From assembly GCA_964016885.1 (NCBI GenBank), contig OZ024757.1, forward strand, positions 26,288,001 through 26,352,000: a stretch of 64,000 nt of DNA. Direction: 5' to 3'. Under the pieces are notes generated by a model. That model did no database searches. It was not told where the DNA came from and worked only from the letters and a program-made list of their open reading frames with translations. Positions 58,308-64,000 of this stretch are shown one piece after another (within the stretch, counting starts at the first letter, position 1; each line of letters opens with the position of its first letter). Made by a program: the position numbers and the translations under genes. This DNA is from Eledone cirrhosa (Eukaryota).

Positions 58308-58427
58308 ATGCGTGTATTTGTGTATTGGTGTATTGGTGCATATATTGTCATTATCATCATCATTTAATGTTTGTCTTCCCTACTACCATGTACACGCCCA
58401 AACACACATATGCATATATATATATAC

Positions 58428-58478
<51 letters not shown>

Positions 58479-58481
<3 letters not shown>

Positions 58482-58616
58482 CAGAATTAGCTGTCGAAAC
58501 GGCTTGAGCTCAGCCGTCGGGGTCCTACTTGTTCCTATTACCCACTCTACTACCCTAAGTATTGAGTACTCTGGTGCGTTATGGTCCATATGGTTCCTTA
58601 CCTCATTTCCTTCGTT
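58479..58616 (+). mobile_element. Penelope-like terminal element (13810 family)
   Basis: Starts gtccagaattagctgtcgaaac, the palindrome centre of the 13810 copy; flanked by (TA)n. Confidence 0.82.
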
Positions 58617-58759
58617 ATATATATATTTATATATTCAAAGTTTTATCTCATACAGTAGTATATGTTATGCCATGTTTGTGATGTATTACGTTATCATATA
58701 ATAAACATCATATCATATGATTTGGCTTTATCCAGGCATGGATCTGTATAATTTTTCCT

Positions 58760-59090
58760 ACCTTAAAATGGATATCCCTATTCCATCTAAGAAGTTCTAT
58801 ATAAAAACTTACTGGATAAGATAGAAGATGTAGTCAAATGCACTGGAAAGCTTTCTTCTGTGATTTTGACCTCAAGGAGATATCTACCAGCTACTATGGT
58901 ATACAAATGCACAGCTGCCTTTCTTTCAAGAATTAAGACCCTAGAACCATTTCAATCCAATCACTTAGATATGTTATCCAATATAAATTTCCATGGGTAC
59001 ATCAATACCTTTCAAGACACATTAATCTTAGATATTAAGACTGTTTATATTCTCAGATAAAACTAAAAACCATTTTGAAAGAAGAGAATA
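58760..59090 (+). pseudogene. Penelope-like retroelement ORF N-terminal fragment
   Basis: Frameshifted MDIPIPSKKFYIK..LDKIEDVVK..HWKAFF...LEPFQS..LDMLSNINF..NTFQDTLILDIK..SDKTKN resembles PLE pre-RT motifs (KNIPIPS..MRWKAFF..ADKT.N). Confidence 0.7.
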
Positions 59091-59168
59091 TATAGAGTAA
59101 GGTAAAGGGTCGTTAACTCCTAATGGAAGCATAGGGACGCTGTCAGGATACACTGTGTGTTGAGAATT

Positions 59169-59610
59169 TTAACCCTTTAACATTTACATTACTCTATATT
59201 TGCTCTTGTATTTTTGTGGTAAAGGCTTTCTTTTACACGATTATCTCATATAATATCGAATCTATGAGATTTTGATATTATTTATTTTGAGAGCAATACC
59301 TTAACGTCAGTATGAGTGGTCAGTTACAGCCGGTTGGAACAGAAAGAGGTGAGAGAATTCTGGCCAGATATGGCCAATTTAATCCTTTAGCATTTAAACC
59401 GGCCCTATCTGGCCACAATTCTCTCGCCTCTTTCTGTTCAAACCAGGCCATAACTGGCCACTCATACTGATGTTAAGGCATTGTTCTCAAAATGAATAAC
59501 ATCGAAATGTCATAGATTCGATATCATGTGAGATAATTGTATAAGATAAAGCCTTTACCTCAAAAATACAATAGTAAATATATAGAGTAATGTGTATGCT
59601 AAAGGGTTAA
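59169..59610. mobile_element. Head-to-head dimer of piggyBac-like MITE family 1
   Basis: Minus copy 59169-59382 joined at ttaa to plus copy 59379-59610. Confidence 0.85.
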
Positions 59611-59741
59611 ACCTGGTGGAGCCCATCACTCTCCATATCAGAACACAGAACAGAACCAATTTCTTCCTGAGAAACTGAGTGAGGAAGAGTTAACCAAAGT
59701 ATTGGTACTTTATTTTTCGACCATTTAATAATAATTATTAT

Positions 59742-60047
59742 TATTTCTACTTTTGGCACAAGGCCAGCAATTATCCCAGTGCATTACTGGTACTTTATTT
59801 TATCGACCCCGTAAGGATGAAAGGCAAAGTTAACCTCGGTGAGAATAATAATAATAATAATAATTGTTTCTACTTTAGGCACAAGGCCAGCAATTACCCA
59901 GTACATTACTGGTACTTTATTTTATCGACCCCGTAAGGATGAAAGGCAAAGTTAACCTCGACGGGATTTGAACTCAGACCGTAAAGGGACGTAACTATGC
60001 TGGAAAGCATGGCGTCCGACTCTCTACCGATACTGCCAATCCACCGC
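59742..60047 (-). mobile_element. SINE B with a duplicated 3' part
   Basis: 59742-59841 repeats the 3' end of 59864-60047. Confidence 0.85.
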
Positions 60048-60063
60048 AATAATAATAATAATA

Positions 60064-60507
60064 AAGGTGCTATGGATTTTAGGATACAGACGGACAAGAA
60101 ATTAGAATACAATAGGCCTGACCTGGTGGTTTTGGACAAGGAAAAAAGATTGTGCCTGATTGTAGATGTAGCCTGCTCATTTGACATGAGAGTGCAAGAA
60201 AAGGAGAGGGAGAAAATTAACCGATACCACGACTTAAAGTGGAAGGTAAAAAGGATTTTGAACTGCCATGAAATCAAGGTCGTCCCGGTTGTCATAGGAA
60301 CACTAGGTACTATCTCAAGAGTTTCCAAGGATGGTTAAAGAAAGTTAGTCCAGCCCCGCTTTTTGGAACACTTCAAAAGGCATGCTTGCTGGGAACAGCA
60401 AGAACCCTCCGATACGTCCTGAATGTCTGAGGCTGCAGGTAGCGGCTTGATATTCATTTCAACAAACTTTCCAGTTAAATAACATCAATGACTGAGACTC
60501 AAAGAAC
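60064..60507 (+). pseudogene. R4/Dong-clade non-LTR 3' end, REL endonuclease
   Basis: WDFRIQTD..NRPDLVVLDK..LIVDVAC.FD..KEREKINRY.DL..VVPVVIGTLG, then LQKACLLGTARTLRYVL*; (AAT)n on both sides. Confidence 0.9.
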
Positions 60508-60547
<40 letters not shown>

Positions 60548-60549
<2 letters not shown>

Positions 60550-60750
60550 TTCTAAATTAGGCACAATGCCAGCAATTCAGGAGTGGGGAGTTGATTACAT
60601 CACTTCAGTACTTGACTGATATTTGATTTTATAGACTCCTGAAGGATGAAAAGCCAAGTTGACCGTGGCAGGATTTGAACCCAGAAATTATAGAGCTGTA
60701 ACTAAATACTACAAAGCATTTTGTCCAACACTCTAATGAGCCTGCCAAAT
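60548..60750 (-). mobile_element. Older SINE B relative
   Basis: aaggatgaaaagccaagttgacc..ggatttgaaccc. Confidence 0.7.
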
Positions 60751-60894
60751 CTACCAATAAAAATAATAAGGATAATGATTATAACATTAATTCATCTGAA
60801 ACATATAATCACACACATACACACGCACAAATATAACCATATATGCATATATATATATGTATATACATATGTGTATGTGTATATAGATAGATAT

Positions 60895-61270
60895 ATTTCT
60901 TTATTAGCCACAGGGGCACAAAAGAAGGGGACAAATACAAAGGGGGAAGTTTACATACAATAAAAACGTGTAAAATGTTATCACAGATGGAATTTAAAAG
61001 TTAGTCGATTTTCCCCAATAGAGGGAGACAGTTTATATGGGTAACACATACCCCCGAAAAAAATGTGCAACCCTCATCTCCAGGAGTACGAAGAGCTTGT
61101 ACTCCTTTCCTCTCCTCCTCCTTTTCCTCAATCTACAGGCTGATATAGAGAGAAGGCCCATTCACTCGGGCCATTCTCGCCACTTTCACCCACCTTTCAT
61201 AAAACTTGCTGGGGTACAGCACCTCTCTCTCCATCCTGATTCTTCTTCCAAAGTGGTATTTGAAAAAAAG
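60895..61270 (-). mobile_element. L1-Tx1-like LINE 3' end
   Basis: Minus strand FFKYHFGRRIRMEREVLYPSKFYERWVKVARMARVNG..*; UTR ends gtggctaataaaagaaa. Confidence 0.65.
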
Positions 61271-61595
61271 ATATAGATAGATAGATAGATATGGCATTAG
61301 GCGAGCAAACCTTCCTTATTTCCATTAATCAAAATTGTGCTACAGAAATGATGAAAGTCACCCAATGCTCTATAGGGAGCAAAAGAAGCTAAAAAAGGTA
61401 TATATACACATATATATATATATGTGTGTATATGTGTGTATATATATGTGTGAGTGTGTGCATATATATATATATATAATTATATATTTATACAATGATG
61501 ATGATGATATATAAACATGCACATTTATATATATGTATATGTGTATATATATAAATGTGCATGTTTATATATCATCATCATCGTATATATGTATA

Positions 61596-61711
<116 letters not shown>

Positions 61712-62184
61712 GAGAGAGAGAGAGAGGAAGAGAGAGAGAGAGAGAGGAAGAGAGAGAGGGGGAGAGAGAGAGAGAGAGGAAGAGAGAGAGGGGGAGAGAG
61801 AGAGAGATAAAATGATATGAAATAGATGTTTTTGTGTATATGTGTGTATTTTTTATGTGAAAATGTAAAAAAAAAATTGAACATATGTCAGTGTTTAGTT
61901 AATTTAATGTTGCAGGTTTTTTTTTATTTTTAAATTTCTAATTACTTTTGTGGTTGATTAAATATAAGACTCAAGCTACATGTGTACCACATGTATTCTG
62001 CATGTCTACTTGCACCCCCCCTACATGTGCACTGCATGTGCTACATGTGTACCATATTGATGACTACATTTTCTAGCTTCCAGACACACACCACCATTCA
62101 TTCAAATATATGTGTATATATATATATATATATGTGTGTGTGTATATATATATGTATGTATTTATGTATATATAAAAAAGATTT

Positions 62185-62303
62185 GGGATCCCGACGGTTG
62201 AGCTCCAGCTGTTATGGCAGCTACATCCGAACTCGAGTTCAGATTTAGCTGTCGAGTACTCTGGTGGGTTTTGGTCTAGCTGGTTTTTACCACACCATAT
62301 CTG
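62185..62303 (+). mobile_element. Divergent relative of the 13810 fold-back family
   Basis: Palindrome centred on gaactcgagttc; tail gagtactctggtg..ggtc..ctggtt..taccaca. Confidence 0.65.
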
Positions 62304-62334
62304 ATATATATATATATATATATATATATCTAGG

Positions 62335-62665
62335 GCGGGTAAAATTCCCGAGATCCATGGACAAGTTCTCTCCAGCGGTCTGTCCCTCATTATCGCTGCC
62401 ATGTCCTGCATCTCCAACAGACCAGTGTCTGTCCTTAGGGCATCAACATACGTTAACCTTGGTCTTCCTCTTCTAGTGTGTCCATGCAGGGGCCCCCACA
62501 GGAGCACTGAGTGCAGTGTCAACTCTGGATGTCAGTGAGCATGTCCAGCTAACCTCAGTCTCATCTGTGTCACTTTTGAGCTGACTTTTGGGAGCAAAGA
62601 TTGGGAATACGGAAGATGATGTGGTTGAGAGGAAGAGCAAAGCCTGGGCGGCGTGCCACAGTTTC
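62335..62665 (-). pseudogene. RTE-X C-terminal fragment with a divergent opposite-strand piece
   Basis: Minus LHSVLLWGPLHGHTRRGRPRLTYVDALRTDTGL; plus 62588-62665 GAKIGNTEDDVVERKSKAWAACH. Confidence 0.8.
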
Positions 62666-63378
62666 ATATATATATATATATTTATGTATATATATATATA
62701 TATATATATGCTATTATATACAATAGTATTATATAAAGTGGTAATATATACACTGGTAATATATACAATGGTGTGGTGTTATGAATGTTAATATCTACAA
62801 AGACATCAAGAATATTGATCTATTCATCACCTATCATTGAGTTCATAGAAAGATGTATTGTTTGACTGTATGTCTATGTATGTGTCTGTTAGTTTTTTTT
62901 TTTTGTAGCTCTTTGTTCAGCCATGATTTATGGGACCTATGATTAACTGTGTAGTAGCTGAGAATCTTACCTCACAACCACATTGTCTTCAGGTTTAATT
63001 CTGCAGCCTTACACATTCAGTAAGTGTTTTCTACCCTAGTCTTGAGTTTTAGGAAAATATATTTTCAAGATAATAAAATAATGCTTACAGAATAAATACA
63101 CAAACACATATAATATATACACATATAAACTCAAAAAGAGAGATAAAAAGAAAAAAAACATTAAAAAAAGAAGAAAAAAGTGCGGCAATCGGCCACACAT
63201 CACATCTTAAGGGTTAATTAAACACTTTGAGGCAAGCCAACACACTCGCAGCATTACCATGGGTGATGGAGAGGCTAAGGCGCTGCAACAACCAGGCAAC
63301 TTAATGGGGTTCACCTGACACTTCAGTAATGTGAGACGCCAGCAATGACAAGTACCTTGAGTTAGCTGAATGCAACCT

Positions 63379-63857
63379 CTAACCCTTTAGCTACCAGTCC
63401 GCCTGAAACTTCCCAGTTTCTACAATATTAGTCTGTTTATTTTAAAGTGTATATCGTCAGCAGCATTTTACATCTATTTTCTATGAGACCAGTCGTGTCA
63501 GATAACTGCATTTTGCTCATACATTCCATTTTGGTACGGTTTCAATGACCTGATGCCCTTCTTAATGCCAACCACTTCCAGGAATTGAACCCACTTCATT
63601 TTCTTGTGGCACCACCACTAGCACCTGACAGGGTGGAATGGGTGCATTTTATATGGTGCAAATTTATCTCAAATCCTTCCATCATAATTCTATGTAAGAA
63701 TATTTGTTAAGTTATGTTCCAAACATTCCAAACACCAACATATGAGAAAGTTAGTGTAGTTATTTAACTAAGTCCCTCCAAATTCTTGACTATTTTCAAA
63801 ATTATTTGAAAATCATACAGTGGCTTTCATTAGAAATATAGTAATGAAGGTGTTAAA
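63379..63857. mobile_element. Degraded piggyBac-like MITE family 2 with an insertion
   Basis: taaccctttagctacc ... ttcattagaaatatagtaatgaaggtgttaa, similar to 36686. Confidence 0.55.
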
Positions 63858-64000
63858 ATAAAGATGAATGGAGAGACTGTTATAACAAGTCTTTACTTGA
63901 TTTACAAATATTCAAATATTCTCACTTATTTATATTATTAATAAATATATTCTATCAATTATTTAGAGAAAAGTGTAATGATTTAAAACATGCAGAGGCA

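Overview
Repeat-saturated, AT-rich eukaryotic intergenic or intronic DNA. The SINE, LINE and microsatellite repertoire suggests an octopus or other coleoid cephalopod (inference). No host protein-coding exon can be supported, and nearly all ORF-track entries are microsatellite artefacts. The real coding remnants are retroelements: a 1.9-kb CR1/L2-type RT, an RTE C-terminus with three zinc fingers, RTE-X pieces, an R4/Dong REL endonuclease, an L1-Tx1 end and a Penelope RT fragment. There are also two tRNA-derived SINE families and mariner, Tc2, hAT and piggyBac-type MITEs. Most notable are 7 apparently foldable type-I hammerhead ribozyme motifs (about 5 distinct architectures) plus a disrupted one. 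They sit in short Penelope-like non-autonomous segments, mostly among (TA)n tracts, including a 400-bp palindrome with two divergent hammerheads and a family of 'half-hammerheads' folded back at stem II. Other themes are recurrent birth of minisatellites from fixed segments of LINEs, SINEs and MITEs, a twin-priming-like inverted RTE insertion, and an inverted duplication that ends at a hAT terminus.
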